Source: Octopus vulgaris (Eukaryota). Taken from it: a stretch of DNA of 64,000 nt. Position 1 is the stretch's first letter. Every line of letters starts with the position of its first letter. Both the position numbers and the translations under genes were made by a program. Shown here one piece after another: positions 14,019 to 27,085 of the stretch. The notes under the pieces were generated by a model that was not told the origin of the DNA, ran no database searches, and saw only the letters and a program-made list of their open reading frames with translations. The stretch is taken from the NCBI GenBank assembly GCA_951406725.2, contig OX597819.1:31124001-31188000 (forward strand), read 5' to 3'.

Positions 14019-14407
14019 ATTTTATTTATAGGTAACACTTTTTTTTTCTATTTCATAATTATTTTAAAGCCAATATTAACGACTAATGAGGAGAGAGAAA
14101 AAAAAAACAAGCAACATAATCTGTAACATTAATTAATAAGGTTAATTATCATAGCTTTTAACTATCATAGGGATGCTCCTATATTAATTACAATATACGT
14201 AATATACTGATGCTATCTTCACAGGCGTTAGATTTTGCCCTTCACTATGTCATAAGGTTTCAAGGACATTCACCCTGTTTTGATTTCATGACATGATCAC
14301 ACAGAATGTCAGTTATATCTACAAAGCAGACATAGAAATGTCAACAACTTTAGCATTATATTTTCAGTACAGTATATGTCTATTACCTACCTTCTGTGTA
14401 CATCTCT

Positions 14408-14899
14408 CTCTTTTACTTGTTTCAGTCATTTGACTGCTGCCATGCTGGAGCATCGCCTTTAGTCGAACAAATCGACCCCAGGACTTATTCTTTGAAAAGC
14501 CTAGTACTTATTCTATCAGTCTCTTTTGCCAAACCACTAAACGACGGGGACGTAAACACACCAGCATCGGTTGTCAAGTGATGTTGGGGGGACAAACACA
14601 GACACACAAACATATACACACACATACATATATATATACATACATACTGGAGTCTGGTTCGCCAGACCTCAGTCAAATCGTCCAACCCATGCCAGCATGG
14701 AAGGCGGACGTTAAATGATGATGATGATGATGACATACGATGGGCTTCTTTCAGTTCCCGTCTACCAAATCCACTCACAAGGCTTTGGTCAGCCCGAGGC
14801 TATAGTAGAAGACACTTGCCCAAGGTACCACGTAGTGGGACTGAACCCGGAACCATACAGTTCATAAGCAAGCTACTAACCACACAGCCACTCCTATGC
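14408..14899 (-). mobile_element. SINE family A carrying a nested RTE-tail insertion (about 14648-14733)
   Basis: Family A sequence interrupted in its microsatellite by tggagtctggttcgccag...gatgatga flanked by CATAC. Confidence 0.8.
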
Positions 14900-15149
14900 T
14901 TACCTTCATATTTTTTTTTTACAAATACCATTTCTAGCAATTTTCTACCTGATGTTTCGTTTAAAAAAGAAAAAAACAAATCCAAGAATTTATCTTTTAT
15001 AAACTTTAATCTGGAATGTGTGTGGTGGGAGCAACCAATCTTTTCAATTATTTTAAGTACCTTCTTTTTAAAAAAGAAAATACTTGGTGTATTTTAGTAT
15101 ATGAAGCAATTCTTTGTAGACTATTTCTTTTGAGAATAGGCTTAAATCT

Positions 15150-15618
15150 TCATGATGATAATCATCATCACTCTTATCATCATCATCATCATCATCGCCA
15201 TCATCTCCACCAGCACTACTACCACCACCATTATATTATTGTCATTATCATCATCATCATCATTATCACTTTCCTTATTGTTGTTGTCATTCTCATCATT
15301 GTCAGTATCATCATCATTGTTATCGTCATTGTTTTCATCATCATCATCACCATCAGCACCATCATTACCTTCATCAACATCATCATCATGACAGTAGTTT
15401 AAATATTGACTCTTTCATGTAAATATCTGAAATTCGGATACAGTTTGTATAAATAATGCTTACTAAACAAAATTCTTTACCGAATTCCTGTTTTACTCAA
15501 TAAAATCTATGATTTAAAATCTGAAGAAAAATAAATAGATAATAAATTAAAGTGTAGTGAAGTATAATAATAAGAATTTACAACATCATCGTCATCGTTG
15601 TTGTTATCATCATCGTCG

Positions 15619-15674
<56 letters not shown>

Positions 15675-15687
15675 TTCTTCTTCTTCT
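15150..15687. repeat. Degenerate and pure (CAT)n trinucleotide tracts (about 15150-15390 and 15584-15687)
   Basis: Seen directly in sequence. Confidence 0.9.
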
Positions 15688-16221
15688 GGCAGGTGGCTTG
15701 CCTGGACCAATGCACCTTTTCCATACCTGATATCCCAGTCAAATAATGCAGCATGAATGCCTAGCTGGAGTTTTAATCACATTGGTCTTTCACTAGTTTG
15801 TAGTCATGGCATATGCAGATGAGATCATCTGCATATGCTATGACTACAAACGATAGCAATAGTTTGCTAACTGGACTGGTTGATCCTAGTCATTGACAAT
15901 TTGTTCTCTGTTCATCTACTTAGCATCTAGTGATATTCATTACTTATCAAATAAGCTCATTTGCCAAAATAGTTCAGATCAATCATACTGCATCCCATTT
16001 CAATGTTTCCTGGCTTGGATTGTTATTATAATGAAAGTAAAATGTTGCATTTGACATTAACAAAACATGTGTACGTTTTTCTTTCTACTCTTGAACAACA
16101 CTCAGTTAAAACCCCTCTATATCTCCACAAAGAAGTACTGGGGTTGATATGATGGACTAAATCCTTAGAGGTTGGTGCCCCAGAATAGTTACAGCCCAAT
16201 GACTAAAAGCAAAAATAATTA

Positions 16222-17060
16222 CAAGTGGCATTCCAGAAGATTTGAAACTTTTTCACAAGAGATATTTATTAATTTCAAAGAAGTACAAAACTCTAATCTC
16301 CTTTGAAGCAAGATTCTCTGAGTTCAATGCATTTTTTGTAGCACTCCAATCCCATGGAAATCCTTCAAAGGGAAGGTACCCAGGACTCTAGTCACAGCAT
16401 CCTTCATCTTCTCACTGTCTTCAAAATGACTCACCTTCAAGTTCTCCTTCAGCTTGGGAAACAACCAAAAGTTACGGGAAGCAAGGTCTGGACTGTATGG
16501 AGGGCGAGGGACAGGTTTGTCACGTAGTTGGTTACCAAGATGGAATTGTGGACTGGAGCAGGTGCTCTGGCTTTTTACTACAAAACCTCTTCCTCCACAA
16601 ACTTCTCTTTGTTGACCATCTAGCCAGAGAGAACTCAGTGGATGTGGATTATACCCTTGCTGTCGAAAAAAAAGGGATCATCATGAGCTTCCCAAGGGAT
16701 TTGCTTTATCTGGCTTCTTGTGCCAGCAGAAAATGGCTCATGCAGTTTAATCCAAATTCAGTCTGGAGAATTTCATAAGCTTCTAAAGCATTTTTGCCCA
16801 GATTAACACAAAAATTTTATTGCACAACAAACTTCCAAATTGTCCTCACATCTCAACTGCATTCTACAAACTAGACAGCTGTGACAAACACTGTTTAGTA
16901 AGGTGTGTTTAAAGTGCTGTTATAGCCATCTCCTTCTACTTGAAAATTTGGCAGGTCAGCTTATCAGATGTCTAGTAATGATGTATTAAAATTACCATAA
17001 TCTAGGACAGTTAGAACTGCTTCTCCCCAAAAAGCTTTCAAACTTCAGGAATGTATCTTA
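16222..17060 (-). mobile_element. Internally deleted, decayed mariner with both TIRs and TA flanks
   Basis: Imperfect TIRs (caagtggcattccagaagatttgaaactttt / aaaagctttcaaacttcaggaatgtatctta); minus strand reads PPYSPDLASRNFWLFPKLKENLK. Confidence 0.8.
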
Positions 17061-17994
17061 TATGATTGTAGTGATGATGATGGCAATGATAATTTTTCTT
17101 TAATGGATTAATCAGGTGGGGGTGGGGGGGGAGGTAATGGCCTGTGACTTTTGTCAGTCAAATACAGTTGCTACATTATTTTTAAATGACTGGTAATAAT
17201 AGTGTTAAAAGGAATCTTTTGTTCATTATTTCTAGTTTAATAAAGCAGCAAGCTGGCAGACTCAAAACATCGGACAAAATATCTCAGTGTTTCTTCTAAG
17301 TTTTAACTTTTTGGGTTCAATTCCTTCTGAGCTCACTTTTGTATTTCAGTCTTGTGGGAGTTAATAAAATGAAGTACCAAGCTAGTACTAGAGTTGATTT
17401 AATCAATTAAATCCCTCCTACTAAAATTACTGGCCCTGTGCCTAAATTAGAAACAATTATTTCCAGTCATAATTTTCTCCTCTCACCTTACCTCCAATGT
17501 TCTCTGCTTTTCTTGTACTAGTCCCACTAAGTATTTTGTCCAGCTCTTTAACAATTCTACTTGAACCAGTACTTTGATTTATCCAACCTAGAAGGATAAA
17601 GGCAATGTTGATTTCAATGTGATTTCAACTCAAAATGTAAAGAGCCAAAACAAATAGCACAAGGCAGTTTGTTGGATGCTCTATCAATTTGGCCTATTTG
17701 ATACCTAAGAGTTTTGATTGAAATAAAATAAATATTTTTATAACAATGACACTGAAAAACCAAAGTTCACAGTTTTTAACCTGTCAATAGTTATGAATGC
17801 CATTTATAGTCTTTTGAGTATATCTAGTTGGGTTTAAAAGTGCCAACTTTAAAAATTTGAAAAGCCAAAAATAAACATATACATACTCGTAGTTTTGTTT
17901 TTAGGAAGTTAGCATTGAAGTAACATGGTTCCATGTTTAATCTTACTGTATGACACCTTGGGCATGGTGTCTTCTACATTGTGTTGAGTTGTAC

Positions 17995-18670
17995 CATTGT
18001 ACCTAGCTTCCTGATACAATTCTCTTCTACTCCCATTTTCCAGTCTTTCCAATCCTAATTTTCACTGTTATGACTGTCTGTCACTATTCTACCACCACAT
18101 CACCCTCAATCTGGCTGGGACTTTGTACCAGTCACACATTTGGTCTTTACTCCTCAGCAGGTTGTCTCATAAGGAATTCCAGTTGCCTTTTATGCTATAT
18201 ATTTTTATCTCCTCTTCTTTTTCATCAAATATTTCAACTACTACTTTTCTAAATTTCTAACCACTCAATGGATCTTTAATTTTTCGTATCTTCCTTTCCC
18301 AAACTGGCTTGTGTCTCTGAGTCCTTCTAGCCCGAAATCTGAACCACTAACTTATGTTGGGTTGTACTTGCTTCACCAGGGCATGAATTTGCTTTCACAA
18401 GCATCTATATATCCCTATTTCTGATGAAAATGTAGTCAATATGGCTGTGAAATGACCAGAATAATAGGTGATCAGGTGAAGTAAGTATTGCAGATCAACA
18501 AGTCATCTGCATCACAGAACTCCAGCACCCTTCTTCTTTCCTCAGTTCTAGAATCTCTATGTACACCACTGAAGTGCTGCCCAACATGACTTTGAATTCA
18601 CAAGCAATGATAATAAGGCCGTTGTTATTTGTCATTGAGCTAACCTGCAAAAGGACCTCATAGAACACAG
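17995..18670 (-). mobile_element. Highly decayed LINE reverse-transcriptase fragment
   Basis: Minus-strand remnant resembling the YADD region (tgtgatgcagatgacttg) near 18500-18520; boundaries approximate. Confidence 0.35.
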
Positions 18671-18794
18671 TTCATCTGCCAGTCCAGCTTGTGGACCAGA
18701 TGCAGAGATAAATGTTTGTGTTGACTTATCAAAGATTAGCTTTAGCTAATACTATCAAACACTTTGACTACTTCAATGACTTTATTGATCAACA

Positions 18795-19140
18795 TCAATG
18801 GAAATTGTAGCTGTGATACCAGTGCCGGTGGCACGTAAAAGAACCATTCGAATGTGGCCTTTACCAGCGCCACCCCGACTGACCTCCGTGCCGGTGGCAC
18901 GTAAAAAGCACCATCCGATTGTAGCCGTTTGCCAGCCTCATCTGGCACCTGTGCCGGTGGCACATAAAAAGCACCCACTACACTCATGGAGTGGTTGGTG
19001 TTAGGAAGGGCATCCAGCCGTAGAAACATTGCCAGATGGGCCTGGTGCAGCCTTCTGGCTTCCCAGACCCCAGTTGAACCGTCCAACCCATGCCAGCATG
19101 GAAAGCGTTGCTAAACGATGATGATGATGATGATGATGAT
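18795..19140 (+). mobile_element. RTE-derived (GAT)n-tailed retroposon 3' end, family D (representative copy)
   Basis: Repeated GGTGGCACGTAAAAAGCAC units, GGTTGGCGTTAGGAAGGGCATCCAGC, AACCCATGCCAGCATGGAAA, (GAT)n tail; other copies at about 1-197, 12525-12870(-), 13200-13432, 20281-21000(-), 24230-24682, 25380-25760, 51997-52390(-), 54340-54548, 61230-61560(-), 62845-63060(-). Confidence 0.8.
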
Positions 19141-19721
19141 TTCTCTGTAAGGAGTATGCATACATTACCCATAATATCACTGTTACCATTACAAATATAC
19201 TTTACTTTGTTCCTGGTCCATGAAGAGTCTGACTGAAGCTTCCCTCCATCTTACTTCTTGCACATAGGACACATCTGCATGTCTCTATTCTTGCATTTCA
19301 ACAATTTTAGTAGACCTACCTATCATTGTAGCAGTTCTGAGGTTGTAGACTTGATGGGAAGAGTGGAAGGATTGTTGGATAACTCTTTTCAGCATCTAGA
19401 GCAAAGATGATTTTTGAAAACAATTACCAGCAGGCAGTAGGTTCTTGCATATAGCCAATGAAACAAGTACTTATTACTCAACATATACTACAAGTTCCAT
19501 CAATCCCACAAAATATTTAAGGATAAACACCTGCAAAGATAAAGAGAGAAGCAGAGAGAGGCAAGGAAAAAGTGAGTGTTTCTAGCTAGGCACAAGTGGC
19601 TTCTGGTGACAGTGAGTGTATGTGTGCAATTAAGCATGCAACCAATATTTTATATACATGTGAACATATACACACACTCACATATCCACACATGTAACAT
19701 AAAATACACACACACACACAC

Positions 19722-19757
<36 letters not shown>

Positions 19758-19811
19758 AAGTATGATGTAGTGTGCGCATGAGTATATATGTTTAAGTATA
19801 AGGGCACAAGG

Positions 19812-19857
<46 letters not shown>

Positions 19858-22450
19858 TGTGTGTGTGTGTGCCTTGTGCCCTTATACTTAAACATATATA
19901 CTCATGCACACACTACATCATACTTATACACTAGTGAGAGCTGGTAATGAATTGTGAGGGGAAGGAGACATGTATATCCTTCATAGAAGTGGTAGAAGAA
20001 AAGGGTGGGTGGTAGAAGGGAATAAAATGATACAGACACATATTTGTGTGTTCTTTAATAAGATGAAGCTTTATAGCTCATGCATTGCAATCACTTAAAA
20101 GAGAAAAAACTCTAACATATAGGAAACAAAAATTACCAGAAAATTTTTATTGGCATGAGCTAATGAGCTATTTAATGAAAATATGCTATTATTTACTATT
20201 AATAATAAATATGGTGGGTGATTGGTGTTAAAAGCTAAGGGATCAATAATGTTATGTGCATGTGTATGTATATATATATATCATCATCATCGTCATCGTT
20301 TAACGTCCATTTTCCATGCTGGCATGGGTTGGACGATTTCACTGAGGTCTGGAGAGCAAATGGCTGCACCACGATCCAATCTGATCTGGCAATGTTTCTA
20401 CAGCTAGATGCCCCTCCTAATGCCAACCACTCTGAGAGTGTAGTGGGAGTTTCTTATGTGCCACCAGCACAGGAGCCAATCAGGTGGGCCTGGCATTGGC
20501 CATGTTTGGATAGTGCTTTTTACATACCACCGGTATGGGGCCAGTCAAGGAGTACTGGCATCAGCCACATTCGGATAGTGCTTTTTATGTGCCACCAGCA
20601 TGGAAGCCAGTCAGGAGGTACTGGCCACAGCTTATGATATTGGTTTTACTTGACTCAGCAGGTCTTCTCAAGCATATTATATTGCCCAACACATCAGGGA
20701 TACTCTTAACTGGGCTGGACATGCATGGCTGTGATCTCACTTTAGTTGCCAGGTCTTCTCAATCACAGCATATCTCCAAAGGTCTCAGTCTCCTGTCATT
20801 GCCACAGTGACTCCCAATGTTCAAAGGTCATGCTTCCCCACCTCATCCCATGTCTTCCTGGATCTACCTCCTTCACAGTTAGGAAGTGGCACTCCCTCAC
20901 ACAGTTGTCCACATCCATACGTAACACATTAGCCATACCAGCGCAGTTGTCTCTCTTGCACACCACATTTGATGCTTCTTATGCCCAACTTTTCTCTCAG
21001 AGTGCTTACACTCTGTCGTGTATTATATATATATAAAAACCATCCTCATCATCACCATTTTACATCAGTTTTCTATGGTGGCATCGACAGAACGGGTTAT
21101 GGTAAGAGTCAACACATATTCAAGGGATACTGCTCTCCTAAATGGATCAGGGAACCTTATCTCATTTGGTTTTATTTTGTGGCTAGGTTTCTACTGCAGG
21201 ATGCCCTTCCTAACACCAGTCATTTTACTGTGCACTGAGAGCTTCACAACATTAGCACAAGAGAGGTGTCATGTTCTTGACATGATTAAAGGTCCCTCAC
21301 AGCCTCATACTTTAAAAAGTGTGCTGGGAGGTTTTCTTCGTGACACAAACACTACAGAGATAGCCATGTCTTTGTCATGATTAAAGGGATCTCACAACCT
21401 CATTTCTCTACTTACTTGTATCCTCTTCACAGAGTAAGAAGCATGAGTGGTAGAGGCATGAATGACAGTGACAAGAGGGATGTGTGATAGAAGATGTAAT
21501 GATAGGAGTGCTCAGTATTCTGTGATAGATATGTATATACAGAGTTACATGACTGAGATAGCAGAATATCAGTGATAACAGAATAGGAAAAAAGAATAAG
21601 AGTATGCTGGCAGTGACATAAGGTAATGACAGGCAGTAGAAGAAAGGAGGGTGAAGGTAGAGTGAAATGGAAACAAATGGTCCAATATTATCATCTGCAC
21701 ATAGATGATGAAACGGGGCTAGAAAGGTTGAGTGATCAGGGTAGTGGCAGAGTGAAAGTAAAATAGAAGGGTCCTGTACTAGAGAGCAGCATATAAGAAT
21801 GATTAGAAGAGGGTCAGGAGAAGGGCAATAGCATTCTTAGTTACACTGACTGGAACCAATGTATGGTGAACAGCAGAGATCTACTGAAGCATAGTACAGT
21901 GAGATTTGAGAAGAGAGAGTGATTGAGGGATGAGCAATGGGTGCAGGTGAATGAATGCAATGTATGGTGGATTGAAGATGAGGTACAAAGCATGAACGAG
22001 TGAGTGCAATTTATGATGACACAGAAGAGGGTTCCACTTCTGTCATTAGTCATGCTGACAACAGAGTACAGTGCAATTGATTAAGAGGAAGGAGTGGTTG
22101 AGAAATGAGTAAAAAACTGCTTAGGCACAGGAAACAAGAGAGATATAGGCAAAAGTCCTGGGGATTTTGTGATATGGGCAATAGGCAAATGAATTAGTGA
22201 CAGGGATTGTGAAGGTTAGATGGGTGAGAGGCTATCAAAGAGGTCAATAATTCTAACTAGAAAGCAGACAGACATGCACACACACATATATATACATATG
22301 CCTAGCAATACATACCTGTGTATATACAACTATATGTAATTTTAATATTTGTTATCTCATATTTGGGTGGGCAAGTAGATCTTCTCTCACACATCTTGCC
22401 ACCAGTAAACACGGTCTTTTGTTATTTATATACATATACATACATACATG

Positions 22451-22485
<35 letters not shown>

Positions 22486-25400
22486 GCATGTTCTAAGGAT
22501 AGGACCTAGGTGAACCTAATTTGAAGTGATTCTGCTTTTTATCCTAAATCTGATTTTAATCATATAATACAAATAGCTTCAATTCACTATGAACCACATG
22601 AAAAAAAAAAAAAGGATCCCTATCAAAAGTCCTTCAGTAACAGTAAACTGAAGTCATTTAAGCTTGTTAAATACTACTTTTACAAGATGTCTTATCAGAA
22701 ATCTACTTATTTATAGTACTATGACCTACTATATATTTCAGTCATATCTAATTAACTGTATTCTGTATCTTCATTAATTTGAGGTGCCTATAATTTCCTT
22801 ACTCTATTCACCTAATTAACAACTTTCAAATGACACATTCTTGTACCATTTCAGTGTTGTGTATTTATTTGTATTGCAATAACAAGCTCTTGCAGCAGCT
22901 TTCCCTGTCTTCATGTTATTGATGGGAGTCACAATACAAATGTTCTTGTTACAATCCTGTCGTAATGTTTTTACCAATTGTGCTAAAACTATTTTCAGCC
23001 TTTCAAACTGTTTCCACAAATAACAATTCCAGATTCCAAGACATCTTGCTTGATTTGATATAAAAACCTTAATTACTTCATATAATGTCTCCTATGAGGT
23101 ATCTGCTACTGAGTTCCACCATATAGCTGAAGCTGGATAATATTCTATAGACATCATTTAATATCTTTTGTCCAATGCTTCCACCTTGCATTATACAATA
23201 CTAGAATGTTACCAGTCATATGATAGTAAATATGCTTTTGCCACCATGAGTAATATCAGAAATATGACATACATAAAGTATAATGTAACTTTTATCAAAT
23301 TTATTGGTGCTTATAAAAAAATAATGAAATAAAAACTAATTTTCAACAGTAAAATATTTATAATCTTAAATAAAATTTCTCGTTTGTATATCTCCTCCCA
23401 TAACATTTACTACATCTCTTCTTTCTCTATCTCTGATTTTTTCTCTCTTAGTGGATGTGAGAGTAGCACTTTACTCATTGTCTGCCACAAAGCCTACTAT
23501 ATGCACTCATCCTGCACCCTTTACGTTAACTCTCTCTATACAATGTAAAGCGTGACTGAAGAATCAACCAACATTTATATCAGCTATTATTATATATTGT
23601 TGTATTTTGGAATGGTCATTTTACCAGCTTAGCCAATAAAAACACACGCACTATATATTTGGTGTTACTTCGCTTCAGTGTTATTTATTTTTTACATTAA
23701 ACTTAATCTTATTGCCAGTGATCTTGTTCATCTTGACACTTTAGTGTTTTCATATCCACAAGGACATTGTTATACCTATTTGCTTCTGTTTATGCAAGAT
23801 ACAACTGTGTACCTTACTTCTTTACCCTTAGCTACATAACCTGAATACTTTTGGTCCAGGTAAGATTCACCTACCATAATTTGGTCAAGTTTTTTTTTTC
23901 CACCACAATAATCCAACTATTTATTTTTATGCTGTCTCTTTAGCATTTGCCATCGAGACATCCTCTTTCTTTCTCCTACTCTCAGTTTTCAACCCAAATC
24001 AGCCTAACTTGTAAATTATAATGGCTGCAGTTTCCTCCCCAAGGCTAGAAAATATTCATAACCATTTGTTATTCTTTATTTTTGAAACAGACCAAAATAA
24101 ATTAGTCTTGATCCTACCATTTTAGCACCATTTTAGGCTGAAATTTACATTACAAATGATAAATTACTTTGCAGCAAAACAGAAATTCAGGAAACTTGCA
24201 ATTTCTTCAACCTTGCACAAAATTTCATCAAAATCAAATTCGATGACTGGCATCTGTGCTAGTGGAGTGCTAAGAGTACCATACAAGTATGATCATTGCC
24301 AGAGCAACAAGCTGGCCTCCATGCCGATGGCACATAAAAAGCACCATTCGAGCGTGATTGTTACCTGCGTCGCCTTACTGGCACTTGAAAAAACATTCAA
24401 GCGAGGTCGTTGCCAGTGCCACTGGACTGGCTCCTGTGCAGGTAGCACATAAAAAGCATTTGAGCGTGACTGTTGCCAGTACTGCCTGACTGGCTCTCGT
24501 GCTGGTGGCATGTAGAAGCACCCACTACACTCTCGGAGTGATTGGCATTAGGAAAGGCATCCAGCTGTAGAAATTCTGCCAGATCAGATTGGAGTCTGGT
24601 GCAGCCATCTGGTTTGCCAGACCTCAGTCAAATCGTCCAACCCATGCTAGCATGGAAAGCAGACGTTAAACAATGATGATGTTCCCAGTTGCAGCCATTA
24701 AAATTCCCCACCAGGAGCAAATTCCTGCTACCTAATTTCAAGGCATTCCTCAATGCAATCTCAAAACTATTGTTTTTTTTTTTCCTACTATTATGATTCT
24801 ATTACATATATGCACCCTTTAGCATTTAAACCAGCCATGGCAGGCCCAAATGTTCTATTCATTTTATGTTCAAACTGGCCATATCTAGCCTCTCACACAT
24901 ACCCTACAATATCATTCTAAAAATAAGCAATCACATCATTGGAATCCCAAAGCTATGATTAATTAAAAATAATGTGAATAAATAAGGATTACATTTGACA
25001 GAGCACTCTGAATGCTAAAGCATTATATATATTAATTGCACAATCTAAACCCCATGAGTGCAAAGAATATTAGTAGAAATCTTCAACTGGGTTTATTGGG
25101 TGATACTTAGTTTTGTAACCCGAATGGGTTGATGGAGGACCTGGTCTTCATGTGAAGAATGTATTGGAGAAATTTTCCCATTACTTTCTCCAAGGGTATA
25201 GAAAGACTTGAACACTGTATCACAGGATAAGCAACCACAGAACAGTTTTATAGTGCTGTTGCTTACAACAATGAACTATGTTATACTACAAAAATACTAT
25301 TAGTTATACAGAAACTCATCAGTAATAAAGTAGATAGACAGTTGAGAATTACTCACATTTGATACCACACACCAATAATCATACCACGAAGACCTGTTGA

Positions 25401-26704
25401 GGCAAGTGAAATTGGAATCGAAATCGAAATCGCTCAAAAATCAATGGAAATTGTAGTTGTGGTACCAGTGCTGGTGGCACATAAAAGAACCATCCGAACA
25501 TGGCCTTTGCCAGCACTGCCCCGACTGGCCTCCGTGCCGGTGGCACATAAAAAGCACCAACAGATCGTGGCCGTTGCCAGCCTCGCCTGGCATGTAAAAA
25601 GCACTCACTACACTTACGGAGTGGTTGGCGTTAGGAAGGGCATCCAGCTGTAGAAACACTGCCAGATCAGACTGGGCCTGGTGCAGCCTCCTGGCTTCCC
25701 AGACCCCAGTTGAACCGTCCAACCCATGCTAACATGGAAAGCGGATGTTAAACGATGATGAAGCACTACCACAATAGCTATAAATATTGTTAATACTAGT
25801 AGCATTATCAATATTACATACTTATTGAGTGTGTTGTTAAATACATGTAGCTGTAGTGTTTTGTTTAAGGGAGGATCCTTTAAAGACATATAGCATTAAA
25901 AAACTCAGTACACTTCAAAGCTAGGCAAAACAAAATCACCCCAGAAATGAATGAGAACAATATATGGTAGTTTTTTTTCTCATCATCAGTGTTGTGAACT
26001 TGGCCTACTTTGGAAACGAGTCTGCAACAGTTATCTAAAAGTATATACAAATAGCATAAATTCTATTTGTTGATGTGAAAAAGTGCTGCTTAAGTAGAAC
26101 AAAATTCAAATTTTGTGTTAGAAATAGCTCAGTGATGTAAACGTTATCAAATGCTGAAGTATGTGATAATGCTTAAATTATTGAGCTACTTCTAATGCAA
26201 AACTTGAATTTTTGTATTGGTAACATTATTCTAAATTTTGCTGTGTAATAAATAAATGTATTAAGATTGCCATTTCCTTAGTTGCGAATACATTCCTGTT
26301 GTAGGCATTCCATTGCTCCTAGGCTGAACACTTAAGTACCAGAATTCTTAGAAGAGCATCAGTGAGAATGACTTGCAGTATTGATGTGATACTCTGTACT
26401 CTGAGTTCAAATCCCACTGATGTTGACTTTGCCTTTCATTCTTTCAGATTTGATGAATTACAGTTGGCCCCATGCCTTCATTATGATGGTATATAAAAAG
26501 AAAAAAATTTTAAATGATCTTTTGGCCACTCATTTTGCCATTTTCAAAGCTGTTAAGTTAGGAAGACTTCATATATATAAGTGAATAAATATACTTATTT
26601 CTATGCAATAGATTTTATTGGTCTGTTTTTGAATGGTACCAATACCTTGTCAGTTTTCCCACATATTTAAATATTGGCCAACTGTCTTCTACTATAGTCC
26701 TGGG

Positions 26705-27085
26705 TGGAGGCGCAATGGCCCAGTGGTTAGGGCAGCGGACTTGCAGTCGTAGGATCGCGGTTTCGATTACTAGACCGGGCATTGTGAGTGTTTATTGAGC
26801 GAAAACACCTAAAGCTCCACGAGGCTCCGGCAGGGATGATGGTGATCCCGGCTGTACTCTTTCACCACAACTTTCTCTCACTCTTACTTCCTGTTTCTGT
26901 TGTACCTGTATTTCAAAGGGCCGGCCTTGTCACTCTCTGTGTCACGCTGAATATCCCCGAGAACTACGTTAAGGGTACACGTGTCTGTGGAGTGCTCAGC
27001 CACTTACACGTTAATTTCACGAGCAGGCTGTTCCGTTGATCGGATCAACCGGAACCCTCGTCGTCGTAACCGACGGAGTGCTTCC
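26705..27085 (+). mobile_element. Young tRNA-headed SINE family C with 14-bp TSD, nested in a family A fragment
   Basis: GGAGGCGCAATGGCCCAGTGGTTAGGGCAGCGGAC...GGTTTCGATT; TSD ACTATAGTCCTGGG at 26691-26704 and 27086-27099; CpGs retained; relatives at about 27642-27775 and 60716-61062. Confidence 0.9.

Noticed and set aside
15016-15710. Poly-His, poly-Ile, poly-Ser and poly-Asp ORFs
   Set aside because: (CAT)n repeats with no splice or homology support.
21420-22250. Purine-rich stretch with a HSFTCT-like remnant suggesting a Penelope GIY-YIG fragment
   Set aside because: Too decayed to assign with support by eye.
24300-24530. Short direct repeats with variable spacers (GGCAC.TAAAAAGCAC) that superficially resemble a CRISPR array
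   Set aside because: Internal subrepeats of the RTE-derived family D retroposon; eukaryotic context, spacers resemble each other, no cas genes.
26705-26780. tRNA-like sequence with A and B boxes (also near 41630-41703 and 60716-60790)
   Set aside because: These are SINE heads followed by SINE bodies and TSDs, not stand-alone tRNA genes.
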